IMG/VR virus record: IMGVR_UViG_3300009008_000009
Coordinates: 32,001 to 96,000 of that record
DNA: 64,000 bases
DNA from: a virus
Direction: 5' to 3' (one strand)
Part shown: one piece after another, positions 46,206 through 55,705 of the stretch
Layout of the letters: every line of letters starts with the position of its first letter
Position numbering within the stretch: position 1 is the stretch's first letter
Program-made: the position numbers and the translations under genes
Notes under the pieces: generated by a model
The model's database searches: none
What the model was told of the DNA's origin: nothing
What the model saw: the letters and a program-made list of their open reading frames with translations, nothing else

Positions 46206-47609
46206 TTATGTTTTCTTCTTCACTATGATACCATCGTCAACCAGCGCCTTTGCAGAAAAAGCGTCGTCCGAGTCAACAACACCCTGCAGCTTCTTGAGTG
46301 GTAGTAGGTAAGATGCATCGACGTCCTTGACCTTGGTAACGGCCAGCCTCGCCTGCTTTCTACCGATCAAGATAATACAGTACTTACCATTCCACTCGTC
46401 CTGCACCTCAAAGGGCGCACGGTCCTTCTCCAGCTTCTCGATAAACGCTGCGACAAGGTCGGCGTCAGGGTCGGAATCCGACTTCTTTTTCTTCGTGGTC
46501 TTCTTCGCACTGGTAGTTTTCTTGCCAGTCTTCTTCGCTGGTGCTTCCGAAACCTCAGCCGTGTTGTGTATGGCGTCGAACATGGCAAACAGTAGAAGAT
46601 CACGGTTAACCGATTCATGGAACGTGGGCTTGTACTCTGTAATCGCCCGGATGAGAAGTACTGCGTTCCTACGGTCAATGGACTTCATACCACCAGACCG
46701 GGGGAGAATCACCGAGAATAGATACTTGAGAACGGTGCTGGCGGTCTGGGAGTTGTAAACATCCCGCATCAGCTTACCGGCGTGGTCAAGGTTACCTGAA
46801 ATGATAGCCTTGATCATAACCTCAACGTCGGATGAGGTTGCGCGGCCTGACACGTCACGGATCGTTTCCTCGGTAATACCATCGCCGTGGTCCAGAACAG
46901 CCTCAAGGATGCTCAACGACTCGCGGACGCTGCCGTCAGCCAGCTCAACAATCGTTCGAAGGCCGACGTCAGTGTAGGAAACTGCGTCCTCGTCGTACCG
47001 TTCCTCCTCCATCAAGTCCTCAATGATCGTCTTCATGTAGCTTGAGAGAACCTTGATGGCGACGTGCCTGAACTCATACGAGGCACACCGGGACCGGATA
47101 GTCGATGGAACCTTCTGGGGCTCAGATGTACAGATGACCCACACAACATTTCGGTTCGGTTCCTCGAGCGACTTGAGGATGGATGTCTTGGCTTGGTTGG
47201 ACGCGAGGTGAAATTCGTCGAGAATGAAGATGCGGAACTTCTTACCAGACCCAAGCTGCGCCTTATCGGTAAGGGATCGCATGTCGTCGACGCTGCCGTG
47301 AGTCCCGCAGTCAACCTCGGTCACAAACATGCTGTGGCCACTGAACACAGAATTGCAGGTTTCACATTCCCCGCACGGATTCGGGTCACCGTCTTCCCGG
47401 TTGGGGCAGTTCAGTACAGCTGAGATCAGCCGGGCCGTGGTTGTTTTCCCCAGCCCCTTGTCCCCGGTAAACATGTACCCGTTCTTCACACGCTCATCAG
47501 CAAGCGACCGGGAAAGCCCACGAACAACATGATTCTGTCCAATAACTTCATCCCAGCTCCGTGGTCGGAGACTGCGGATAAGAGGAAGATACCGATCATC
47601 CATGAGCAA
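46206..47609 (-). CDS. dnaX: Clamp loader, DnaX (gamma/tau)-like
   Basis: RPRSWDEVIGQ, GDKGLGKTT, C..PCGECETC, ILDEFH, LEEP, TIRSRC. Confidence 0.93.
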   Translation of the reverse strand: MLMDDRYLPLIRSLRPRSWDEVIGQNHVVRGLSRSLADERVKNGYMFTGDKGLGKTTTARLISAVLNCPNREDGDPNPCGECETCNSVFSGHSMFVTEVDCGTHGSVDDMRSLTDKAQLGSGKKFRIFILDEFHLASNQAKTSILKSLEEPNRNVVWVICTSEPQKVPSTIRSRCASYEFRHVAIKVLSSYMKTIIEDLMEEERYDEDAVSYTDVGLRTIVELADGSVRESLSILEAVLDHGDGITEETIRDVSGRATSSDVEVMIKAIISGNLDHAGKLMRDVYNSQTASTVLKYLFSVILPRSGGMKSIDRRNAVLLIRAITEYKPTFHESVNRDLLLFAMFDAIHNTAEVSEAPAKKTGKKTTSAKKTTKKKKSDSDPDADLVAAFIEKLEKDRAPFEVQDEWNGKYCIILIGRKQARLAVTKVKDVDASYLLPLKKLQGVVDSDDAFSAKALVDDGIIVKKKT

Positions 47610-47973
47610 CTCCTGCGCTTACGTCGCGGAGACCGAGTGCGTCCTGAGTCTCCATTGCAATTACAGTCTTGATATCACTTTTTGAGAACGGGGTGACGTC
47701 AACAAGAGACTCGACTGTAACTTCTGACTCCTGTAGAAGTCTATTGAACAGTCGAGTCTTGCGAGTTTCAATCATCTGTGAATCGTCTCCGATTACAATG
47801 TCTGAGGACTCGGCCTTGATCGTAACTGGCGTGTCCCCGGAGAGTAGAATCTCATGACCACTCGATTCTGATCGAACTACAACATCACCATCTTCTCGAT
47901 CTCGAATGAAGGTCAGGAGAAATCCCTGCTCCGTGACATACTGACTTCCGGGTAATCCATCTGACAATTTCAT
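47596..47973 (-). CDS. Hypothetical protein
   Basis: 125 aa, GAGGT RBS. Confidence 0.6.
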   Translation of the reverse strand: MKLSDGLPGSQYVTEQGFLLTFIRDREDGDVVVRSESSGHEILLSGDTPVTIKAESSDIVIGDDSQMIETRKTRLFNRLLQESEVTVESLVDVTPFSKSDIKTVIAMETQDALGLRDVSAGVAHG

Positions 47974-47996
47974 CTTGACCTCAACCTAACTCATCA

Positions 47997-48803
47997 TCAT
48001 GATAAAGTCAACCTTTTAGCAGCCTCCTCACTGACAACTGCGCTGGTAGCAAATGGAAGAAGCTGTGCTTCCGTACCCCACGCGGGGAGCCTAAGTTGGA
48101 CAACTTCCGATGGGATTTCAACTCCAAGACCAATGTGCCTCGGGGATAGAACCACTCGGCACGGAAGTATCCCCACCCGAGAAATGAAGGCAAGTAGATC
48201 GTCTACCTGCTCAGCAATAGAATCTACATCGATATCGTCTTGTACCATCTCGAGCTCACCGTGCAGATAGTCCACCCACTCCCACGCAGTGTAGAGATCG
48301 GTACTCGGAGTGTAGCGCGTCGCAGCCTCAAGGTCACCACCGTCACCCAGTTCAACTAATAAAGATCTATGTGAGTCTGGATACACGAATGTGAGTGCAA
48401 CACTGATCTGAGTCAGCATTCCTCGCACAGACTCTTGCCCATGCATCTGCTGCACACGGTTACGAGCTGCGGCCAGCTTAGCGCGTAAGTCGTCTGGTTT
48501 GATCGACCGTGGTCGTTCTCCTCGCAAGTAGTCAAGGGCGTGGTCACGGTCAACGTGAAGCGACCGCATGGTAAGATCTACAGCACCCCCCGACGCCCCA
48601 CAAGAAAAGCACTTATACCCAGCTCCGTTCAAACTAATTCGCATGTTTGGGTTGGTGCCATCGTCGTGGAACACGCACCACGCGGTGATCCAACCACCCT
48701 CCACCCCCTTCGTTTGAATACCAAGATCTCGGACGAGCTGGCGAACGTCCAGTCGGTCAAAGCGAATGGGCTTCTTTTTGTCCTCTTTGCGAACTAGTAG
48801 CAT
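47997..48803 (-). CDS. CHC2 zinc-finger (DnaG N-terminal-like) protein with no evident TOPRIM domain
   Basis: CVFHDD.NP....YKCFSCGASG. Confidence 0.75.
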   Translation of the reverse strand: MLLVRKEDKKKPIRFDRLDVRQLVRDLGIQTKGVEGGWITAWCVFHDDGTNPNMRISLNGAGYKCFSCGASGGAVDLTMRSLHVDRDHALDYLRGERPRSIKPDDLRAKLAAARNRVQQMHGQESVRGMLTQISVALTFVYPDSHRSLLVELGDGGDLEAATRYTPSTDLYTAWEWVDYLHGELEMVQDDIDVDSIAEQVDDLLAFISRVGILPCRVVLSPRHIGLGVEIPSEVVQLRLPAWGTEAQLLPFATSAVVSEEAAKRLTLS

Positions 48804-50191
48804 TACTCAAGCTCGTAGTCACCGGCAGCGTCGAAGTCCCGTTCGCCGATGAAGTTAAATTCAGGAGCTACAAAAAGCATCTCCTCAAAGGTCGGACCGT
48901 AGCGATTCTTTTTAGCACGAATCCACATACGGTTCTGGGCCTTGTCCTCGGGGGTTGCATCCACGTGCCAGAGCTGGTGAACGTGATAAACAATCGCCTG
49001 TGATAGGCCAACATGCTCCTGATCAATAGTTTCACGTTCCTTGTTCAACGACCCGATACGGGACTCGCGAACAGCGGTCACCATTGGAATGCGGAAGCTC
49101 TTACAAATACCAAGTAGCTCCAAAAAGATACGGTCGTACTTTTCCGACTCGTAACTGTACTGCCCGACCGGTTCGATCAGGTTTGCGTAGTCAAGATAGA
49201 TCACGTCCGGGTACTCAAGGTTCTCGGACTTGAACATCTCGATTTCGTACATGATATCAGCAGTGGTAATAATATCCGGGCACTCAACGATCCACATCGG
49301 GTACTTGCGCTTCTTGTAAACCGTCAGCAAGAGATCTTTGTACCTCTTCTGCTTGCGCTTTGACAGGTAGGCTTGCTCAAGTAGTCCGTACTCCAACCGG
49401 GCGGTGCCCCCCTTCATGTCAGGGATCAATGATTCACGTGAGTCGAGAAGCATACCGATGCGGTCCCGCGCCATCTCACGGGAAATCACCATCACTTTCT
49501 TACCGGCTACAGCCTGATTCCACCCGAGATTCAACATCAAGCGAGACTTGAACGCACCAGACTTACCAAAAATGGCAACGATGTCGGCTTCGGTCTTGAA
49601 CTTGTGAAGACCCCCATTTGTGTGTTTATCGAGGCATGGTATCCCAAATGGAATACCTGCCAGAACCTCGGGGTTGCTTGATATCTCCTCAAATCGGTTC
49701 CAGCGATCTGGCGCTTCTTTCCAGTAGTATTCTCGAGATCGAGTTGCCCGCTCTGAAACACTTATCTGTAACTCGGTCAGCGCCCGGGTAACCGTCTGCA
49801 ACAGCTCTGTGTGCCGTTCCTTGCCAATAACGTCGGGGATCTCGGACGCGACCTCCAGCATAGCGCGACCTACGCGCATCTCGCGTAGCATCTTGGCGTG
49901 AACCCGGAACGCACTGGGCTTCGGGACCGACTTGCGCATGATAGCGTTGAATTGCTGCAGCAACTCCTGATCCCGGCACCACACTGGAAACGTGTCTGCG
50001 TCCGGAATGGCGTGCTCCTCGGTGTAGAACGCAGAAAGCTCAGCGACAAGGCCCCGGTACTTTTCAAAGGCCCCCTCACCAAGCCCCAAGATGTCTGGGA
50101 AGCGTGCAGGGTCTTCAAGCCCCATACGAAGAACGCCAACCTCGGCCCGGGTGGATGACAGCTGATAATCACCCATCGGTATTATCCACAA
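48803..50191 (-). CDS. dnaB: DnaB-like replicative helicase
   Basis: GIPFGIPCLD, GKSGAFKS, ISREM, YLDYANLI, KNRYGP. Confidence 0.88.
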   Translation of the reverse strand: MWIIPMGDYQLSSTRAEVGVLRMGLEDPARFPDILGLGEGAFEKYRGLVAELSAFYTEEHAIPDADTFPVWCRDQELLQQFNAIMRKSVPKPSAFRVHAKMLREMRVGRAMLEVASEIPDVIGKERHTELLQTVTRALTELQISVSERATRSREYYWKEAPDRWNRFEEISSNPEVLAGIPFGIPCLDKHTNGGLHKFKTEADIVAIFGKSGAFKSRLMLNLGWNQAVAGKKVMVISREMARDRIGMLLDSRESLIPDMKGGTARLEYGLLEQAYLSKRKQKRYKDLLLTVYKKRKYPMWIVECPDIITTADIMYEIEMFKSENLEYPDVIYLDYANLIEPVGQYSYESEKYDRIFLELLGICKSFRIPMVTAVRESRIGSLNKERETIDQEHVGLSQAIVYHVHQLWHVDATPEDKAQNRMWIRAKKNRYGPTFEEMLFVAPEFNFIGERDFDAAGDYELE

Positions 50192-50936
50192 GTCTCTGCA
50201 TCATAGATCTCTTTCTTCGGTATTTGATCCCGGAGAATTCAACTTGGTCCCACTCCCCAATCCGGTCAATCACTGCGGAAGGAAGTACATCGCTTTCTTC
50301 CATCCCTTCAATCGATCTGTTTCCAGTGGCAATGACCGCAGTCGTTTCCCGATAAATCCTATCGAAGAATTCACAGGCAAAGCTACGAGTCATCCTTGGG
50401 TCAGAGTCCTCTTCCTTCGGAAGGTAGATTTTATCAATCTCATCGATGATCACAAGATCTGCATGTTCCACCCGCTCCAAGACAGGCGACGGTTCACGTC
50501 GGGCACGGGAAAGGAACACGTCGAACAGGTCGGTTCCCCACACCCACGCGACCTGACTTTCCAACCGCATGGCTTCCTTAGCCAGCACGGCAGCGAGGGC
50601 TGTCTTTGCGGCACCGTGGTCCTTGGACCAGAGCAGTAACCCAGCGCCCTCTGAAATCACATCCGGGAGAGACTTAAGCCAAAGACGGATCTGGCCGACC
50701 GCCACCGAGTTCTTCTTCTTGTACTCGGAAGTTAACATGGAGAAGTCGAAGTCCCAGAAACGGGGAGGAACGCCGACCTCGAGAAGCGCCATAAAAGACT
50801 TGAGCTTCTTCATGCACTCGCAGTCAGAGAATCGTCCCTTCTCCCCACTGAAGGAGACTTGGTAACCTCTCCCCTCGCACAGGTCGCAGGACTCAACTAT
50901 CTCCTTGCGAAGTTCATCTACGGTCGGTAGTGGCAT
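50169..50936 (-). CDS. DnaC/IstB-like helicase loader
   Basis: CDLC.GRG..CECM, GLLLW...GAAKT, LVIIDEI, IATGN, SAVIDRI. Confidence 0.82.
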   Translation of the reverse strand: MPLPTVDELRKEIVESCDLCEGRGYQVSFSGEKGRFSDCECMKKLKSFMALLEVGVPPRFWDFDFSMLTSEYKKKNSVAVGQIRLWLKSLPDVISEGAGLLLWSKDHGAAKTALAAVLAKEAMRLESQVAWVWGTDLFDVFLSRARREPSPVLERVEHADLVIIDEIDKIYLPKEEDSDPRMTRSFACEFFDRIYRETTAVIATGNRSIEGMEESDVLPSAVIDRIGEWDQVEFSGIKYRRKRSMMQRLVDNTDG

Positions 50937-51084
50937 CTAGTCCTTTCTGCGCTTCAGTAATGGCCCGCATTAATGGCTCCCTATAACATAACTAATTCAG
51001 TACACCATATAGCCATTGAATTTTTCATTGCATGTACATTTTGAATTGTGAATAGTTGCGTAGCAGTCACCAGCTAGGACATGT

Positions 51085-51624
51085 TCAGTTACCCATCCCC
51101 ATTCTGCTGAGTTTATCTTGTGTATCTTGATCTATTGATATACCCTTAACTTCAGTTTTCTTCTGACGACGTTTACCCTTACCTGACCTCATGTCTCTAC
51201 GGCATAAGTTGAACATGCTAATGTTCCAAAGATACTTAATCTCCGGAACCCGTCCAGACTTAAAAAGAGGATCATCTGTGAAAAGATAGAATACGTAATC
51301 TCGCATCGCCTCAGGTGCCAGCTCGTTGTTGTTCATGAACATTGTAATCTTACCAGCAACGTACGTCCTGTTCCTGAACTGAGATTCGTACGTTTCATGC
51401 AGATGCTCCTTGTACAGACTTTCGAAGTAGGTTATAAACTCACTACCCTTCCACCCGGACACGTCAGCTGCTGTTGACACGGCTTCCTTCTTAGCCGTCT
51501 CCTTCGCTGCCTTACTCTGTAGATCTTCAACTTGCTGTTCAAGCTCGATCACGTATCCAACAAGATCAATAACAAATGGATCAATACCACGATATCGCTC
51601 TCGAATAAGATCTTCGTTAGCCAC
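51085..51624 (-). CDS. Hypothetical protein, possible replication initiator
   Basis: Position upstream of the loader/helicase pair; function inferred from context only. Confidence 0.45.
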   Translation of the reverse strand: MANEDLIRERYRGIDPFVIDLVGYVIELEQQVEDLQSKAAKETAKKEAVSTAADVSGWKGSEFITYFESLYKEHLHETYESQFRNRTYVAGKITMFMNNNELAPEAMRDYVFYLFTDDPLFKSGRVPEIKYLWNISMFNLCRRDMRSGKGKRRQKKTEVKGISIDQDTQDKLSRMGMGN

Positions 51625-53161
51625 TTAGTGCCACCAAGTTTCTGAACCGAACAATCAAACGGGTTCGGAAGTCCCTGATCTGGACGTTGAACATCGGCTC
51701 CGCATTATAAAATTCTAGTCTCCGCTTCGAATGCTTACTAAGATGTTTCTCTTCATGTATAAAGTCAACGAAGGTGCCTCTCGTCTTTCCCGGGGCAGGA
51801 GTCATCATCCGCATCCTCTGAAAGATACGTCTGGAGTCCTGTCCGCCGTCAGCGTTGATACCAACATCAAGGGTTGGAATGTCAATCCCCTCGTTGATCA
51901 CGTTGCTGACTATGCACATAAGACGCTTCTCTGCCAGCCTTTTATAGGCGTTCTGGCGGATTGCTCCGCGCTCGCTCCCGGTTATCGCCACAGCCCCGTG
52001 AATCCGCTTTGCCAGCTCACGTGTGTGCTGGACCTGCGTCGTCATAATTGCGACGCTACGGCCCCGCTTAATACTGGCTCGAGCAAAGCCAACGATCATG
52101 TACGTCTTAATAGGGTTGTTAGCAACGGCGGCGGAATAGATACTAGTGTAGTGCCCGGCGTAACAGAATATACGAGGTAACTTATACATTATGATATCAA
52201 CTGGAAGCAGGTGCCCTCGTTTGATCATCCACGAGTACCGCTTCCGGTAAATGATAGGCCCGACAACCTCTTCAAGTAGTAGATCTGAGTTATCATCGGT
52301 CCATGGAGTACCTGAAAGACCCATGACACAGAACGCTTTTCGCATCTGGCGAGCGGCCTTACGATAACTCGCTGCCGTCCCATGATGAATTTCATCCCAG
52401 ATCACAACCTGAGCGCTGGATAGTAGTTTAACAACTGACGCCTTCCGCGCCAGTGACTTCTCAATCTTATCCCAGCGATCACGTTTCTCGTATTTGATCC
52501 GGTAAGCAGCACTGACCGACTGAATAGTCAGGACAGTGATACCCTGTATATTAGTTTCGCCGTCACCGACAATACCAATCTCCTCGTCCAGCACCTCTTC
52601 AAGTGCATCCCGTGTCTGCCGAGCCAGATCAATACGTTCTACAATAAACACGGCGGGACGGAACTCGTAAAGCTGGTCGAGTAGCCCTGCGGCGATTCGA
52701 GTCTTGCCGGTCCTTGGGGGGAGGTGAATGATGCCACGTGGGAATGGAATGCCTAACTCTTGATGAGTAAGTAGTGCCCGGATGGCTTCCTGCTGGTAGT
52801 CACGTAGATCACCCCAAGTTGGTCGTCCGTCGTCAAGCTGGTAGTACGGCAAGTCGCGGACGTCGGTGACTTCAAAGTCGGTGGAGTTTCGAATTGCAGA
52901 CGAAGTTCTGGAGAGAAGACCAAGGCGGAAAGAGTGGTTCTTCGACATGAGATTGGTAAACCCATCCCATTTCTTAGATTGATAAGCGCTGGAGAACCAG
53001 AACGAGCTCCGGCGAAAAGCGAGAGACTTCTTTACAAGGCGGAGGATAGCTTTCTCATCCTTGGTGAAGTTCTCGTTACTTCCGTCGTCAGCGGTTACCT
53101 TTACTACGTCTCGTCCGACTATGACCTTGGCCATGTCAAACCCAATCCTCCACAGGTCCAA
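51617..53161 (-). CDS. SF2 DExH helicase (UvsW/XPB-like)
   Basis: LRDYQQEA, PRTGKT, DEIHH, GLSGTP, EGIDIP. Confidence 0.9.
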   Translation of the reverse strand: MDLWRIGFDMAKVIVGRDVVKVTADDGSNENFTKDEKAILRLVKKSLAFRRSSFWFSSAYQSKKWDGFTNLMSKNHSFRLGLLSRTSSAIRNSTDFEVTDVRDLPYYQLDDGRPTWGDLRDYQQEAIRALLTHQELGIPFPRGIIHLPPRTGKTRIAAGLLDQLYEFRPAVFIVERIDLARQTRDALEEVLDEEIGIVGDGETNIQGITVLTIQSVSAAYRIKYEKRDRWDKIEKSLARKASVVKLLSSAQVVIWDEIHHGTAASYRKAARQMRKAFCVMGLSGTPWTDDNSDLLLEEVVGPIIYRKRYSWMIKRGHLLPVDIIMYKLPRIFCYAGHYTSIYSAAVANNPIKTYMIVGFARASIKRGRSVAIMTTQVQHTRELAKRIHGAVAITGSERGAIRQNAYKRLAEKRLMCIVSNVINEGIDIPTLDVGINADGGQDSRRIFQRMRMMTPAPGKTRGTFVDFIHEEKHLSKHSKRRLEFYNAEPMFNVQIRDFRTRLIVRFRNLVALSG

Positions 53162-53798
53162 CCGTCTCTTTTAACGACACAAGTGCCTTTCTCTTCAGGC
53201 GAGCCACCCAGTTAGATGTACATCCTAAATCGTCTGCGATCTCCTGCGTGGAACGTTCATCCGCATTATACATCTGGCGGAGAACCTCCTTCTGCTTTGG
53301 ACTGATGTCGCCATTGGTCATGGACAGCATAACCTCGAGGACATCCTTCTCTTGGAGTGCTTTCGCAATGAGAGTGTCGTGCTGGGAAAAGTAGGGAGAA
53401 TCATCTGGTAAGTCAAGGTCGCTCATAGATCTCCGCGACCACGTCTCCTCTCGCTTCCACAAGCTCGCCATGGCGTCTCGAATCCACCAGTACCCGTATG
53501 ACATGTAACGAACACCGTGGCCGAGATCGAATCGGTCGATTCCAACTATGTCACCAAAGACCCCCTCTTGCACGAGGTCGGAAAGGAGTGGGTGGTTGTA
53601 ACTAGTTTGCTTAATCGCTATTTGTACGATGAGGGGGTAGTGCAGGGTAATCAGTTTATTTCGTGATTCAATGTTCCCCCGCTTGGCCCCCCAAATCAAA
53701 AGGTGCTCGTGAATCGGACGAGGGGGAGTTATGTTAATCCCGCTCAACAGCGTGGAAGACTGATTCCATAGATGCCCGTTTTTCCGACCAGAAAGCAC
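53136..53798 (-). CDS. Sigma70-family RNA polymerase sigma factor
   Basis: DLVQEG, DRFD...GVRYMSYGYWWIR (region 2), STQEIADDLG (region 4 HTH). Confidence 0.9.
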   Translation of the reverse strand: MLSGRKNGHLWNQSSTLLSGINITPPRPIHEHLLIWGAKRGNIESRNKLITLHYPLIVQIAIKQTSYNHPLLSDLVQEGVFGDIVGIDRFDLGHGVRYMSYGYWWIRDAMASLWKREETWSRRSMSDLDLPDDSPYFSQHDTLIAKALQEKDVLEVMLSMTNGDISPKQKEVLRQMYNADERSTQEIADDLGCTSNWVARLKRKALVSLKETVGPVEDWV

Positions 53799-53809
53799 AG
53801 ACTTCTCCG

Positions 53810-54118
53810 CTAACTTGGTATGTAAAGTGCTTGAACAACATCACCTGCCTTCGTGTACCCGGTCATGATGATCGAAGTAGAATCGAGAGTGTACTCTAGA
53901 CTACAGTGAAAGATACCATTCCGGAAAACAGTCATGGAGTCTGGGTTGGGGGCGTACGTAAGTACGAAGGTCTCACCAGTTGTTGCTCCAGTTGCTGTAA
54001 AGAACTGGCGCTGGGGGAGCTTCAGTGGGCCTTCTGCGGTTGCAGTGGCGGCGCGGGCTTGTTCATCAAGTCTGAGTTTTGTCTCCGCCACTGTAGTCCT
54101 CGTTGCTTGGTAACCCAA
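53810..54118 (-). CDS. Small virion structural beta-domain protein
   Basis: VFRNG..EY domain shared with the C-terminus of 54173..54862. Confidence 0.55.
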   Translation of the reverse strand: MGYQATRTTVAETKLRLDEQARAATATAEGPLKLPQRQFFTATGATTGETFVLTYAPNPDSMTVFRNGIFHCSLEYTLDSTSIIMTGYTKAGDVVQALYIPS

Positions 54119-54172
54119 ATCCGTAACTACTCACGGCAAATATACCAAGCAATTATAACTAAATGCACATTA

Positions 54173-54862
54173 TCAAGAAGCGTAGTAATCGATAACCACC
54201 GCCTCATTTTCATCGATGGTTCTAACGAATGTTATTGTTTTGTCACCATCAAAGGTAAAGTCACCCGGGGGTCTTACCCTTAATCCATTCACATGAACAC
54301 GGAGAGTTGATTCTCTAGCAGTTTGAGAAAGAACAAAGTCTTTCTGACCGCCAGAAGCGATATTACCGGTAAAATCTTGGCTGTATTCCGTGTTCGCAGT
54401 CGATGATTGGAGTGTGTAAGAAGCTGCATAGGGAGATATTGCACTAAACTCCCAGTACATTACACCTAACGATCTAGCTGTACCATCAGTCCCGATTGGA
54501 TTGATTAGGTACCAGTACCGTTGTGTGTATCCAGTTGCGCCTGCGTCATAGCAGGTTCCTGTGGATGTGGCTGCGCCAAAGTAGGGAGAGAATGGCTGTG
54601 CTGGTACGGTCTTTATGTACGTCCAAAGACCTGATCCGGAAGCTGGAATTGTGGCTGGGTCGCCTGTACTCTGCGCTGCTCGGTAAACGTCAAAGGCAAC
54701 GGGTGCGGACTCAACACCACCAGACGTAGTCCACGACCAGTCAACCCGAACAGCCTCAAGCTCCCCGAATGCGGCCAGTGTGTCAAATGACCCGAGAGGC
54801 TCGGAGTACCCGATCTTCTTGGCGTAGTACTGCTTACCACCTGTTCGTCTGGTAGTTAACAT
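54173..54862 (-). CDS. Virion structural protein (FN3-like plus VxxNG domain)
   Basis: VDWSW..FDVYR..YWY; C-terminal VHVNG..DF. Confidence 0.55.
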   Translation of the reverse strand: MLTTRRTGGKQYYAKKIGYSEPLGSFDTLAAFGELEAVRVDWSWTTSGGVESAPVAFDVYRAAQSTGDPATIPASGSGLWTYIKTVPAQPFSPYFGAATSTGTCYDAGATGYTQRYWYLINPIGTDGTARSLGVMYWEFSAISPYAASYTLQSSTANTEYSQDFTGNIASGGQKDFVLSQTARESTLRVHVNGLRVRPPGDFTFDGDKTITFVRTIDENEAVVIDYYAS

Positions 54863-55705
54863 CTATTCTACCTTCAAGTACAATCCGTACCCTGAACACC
54901 AGCTTTCGTTATCAGCCCACAACCTAGAGTATATGATATTGTCCTCAAGGTTGAGCACAGAGAATACTTTGCTGGTATCTTCAAACGTGTCGAAGAAACC
55001 GATACGCGCCCATTTGAGCGATTCAAGCTGGATGGTATAAAGTGCCCGCTCCTCCTGATTCACAACGGCGCTGAACTTCTTATCGAGAATCGTGCTTGGA
55101 ACCCCTGCAATGTAGTTCTGTATGATCTCCTTACCAGACTTAACCACATAGCTTCCGGGCGGTAAGTAGGTCTCCCAAACCCCACGACTGTCGCTGTAAG
55201 CCGACGAGACAAGCCGGTCAGTGACGATATTATGGAAGTCAATTCTACGACCAGAGAGACCTCGCCCTACAGTTGGGACTCGACCCGGAAACACATACAG
55301 CCTATCCCTGTAGCTAACAATCCGCCCGGCAAAGTACTCCACGTCCTCGTTTCCAAGTGCAAGAACACGCTCACCAGCAAAGGTCATCCTGACGACCATG
55401 ATATTGGTTGAGCCAGTTACCTGTACAATTGTGTTCAGAAGATCAACCGCCGTATCCTGATCGTAAACGGTCGTCCACGTTGTTCCACTGTCGGCTGAAA
55501 CCTCAATGGTGAAGTTCTTCGATGCGTCGTTAAAGAAGTAAGACGACATCAGGAACGCGGTCACGGTATTCCACTCGTCATCGTTCCCTGACGCGTGGTC
55601 TTCATCGACATTGAAATTATACGGCGCAGAGATGTATACCAGCCCACTTGAATTGATGACTGGTATTGTGTACCGATCAGATCTTGCTCGGAGTGGTGCG
55701 GCCAT
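54863..55705 (-). CDS. Putative structural protein
   Basis: EVSADSGTTW Asp-box-like motif; tail module context. Confidence 0.55.
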   Translation of the reverse strand: MAAPLRARSDRYTIPVINSSGLVYISAPYNFNVDEDHASGNDDEWNTVTAFLMSSYFFNDASKNFTIEVSADSGTTWTTVYDQDTAVDLLNTIVQVTGSTNIMVVRMTFAGERVLALGNEDVEYFAGRIVSYRDRLYVFPGRVPTVGRGLSGRRIDFHNIVTDRLVSSAYSDSRGVWETYLPPGSYVVKSGKEIIQNYIAGVPSTILDKKFSAVVNQEERALYTIQLESLKWARIGFFDTFEDTSKVFSVLNLEDNIIYSRLWADNESWCSGYGLYLKVE

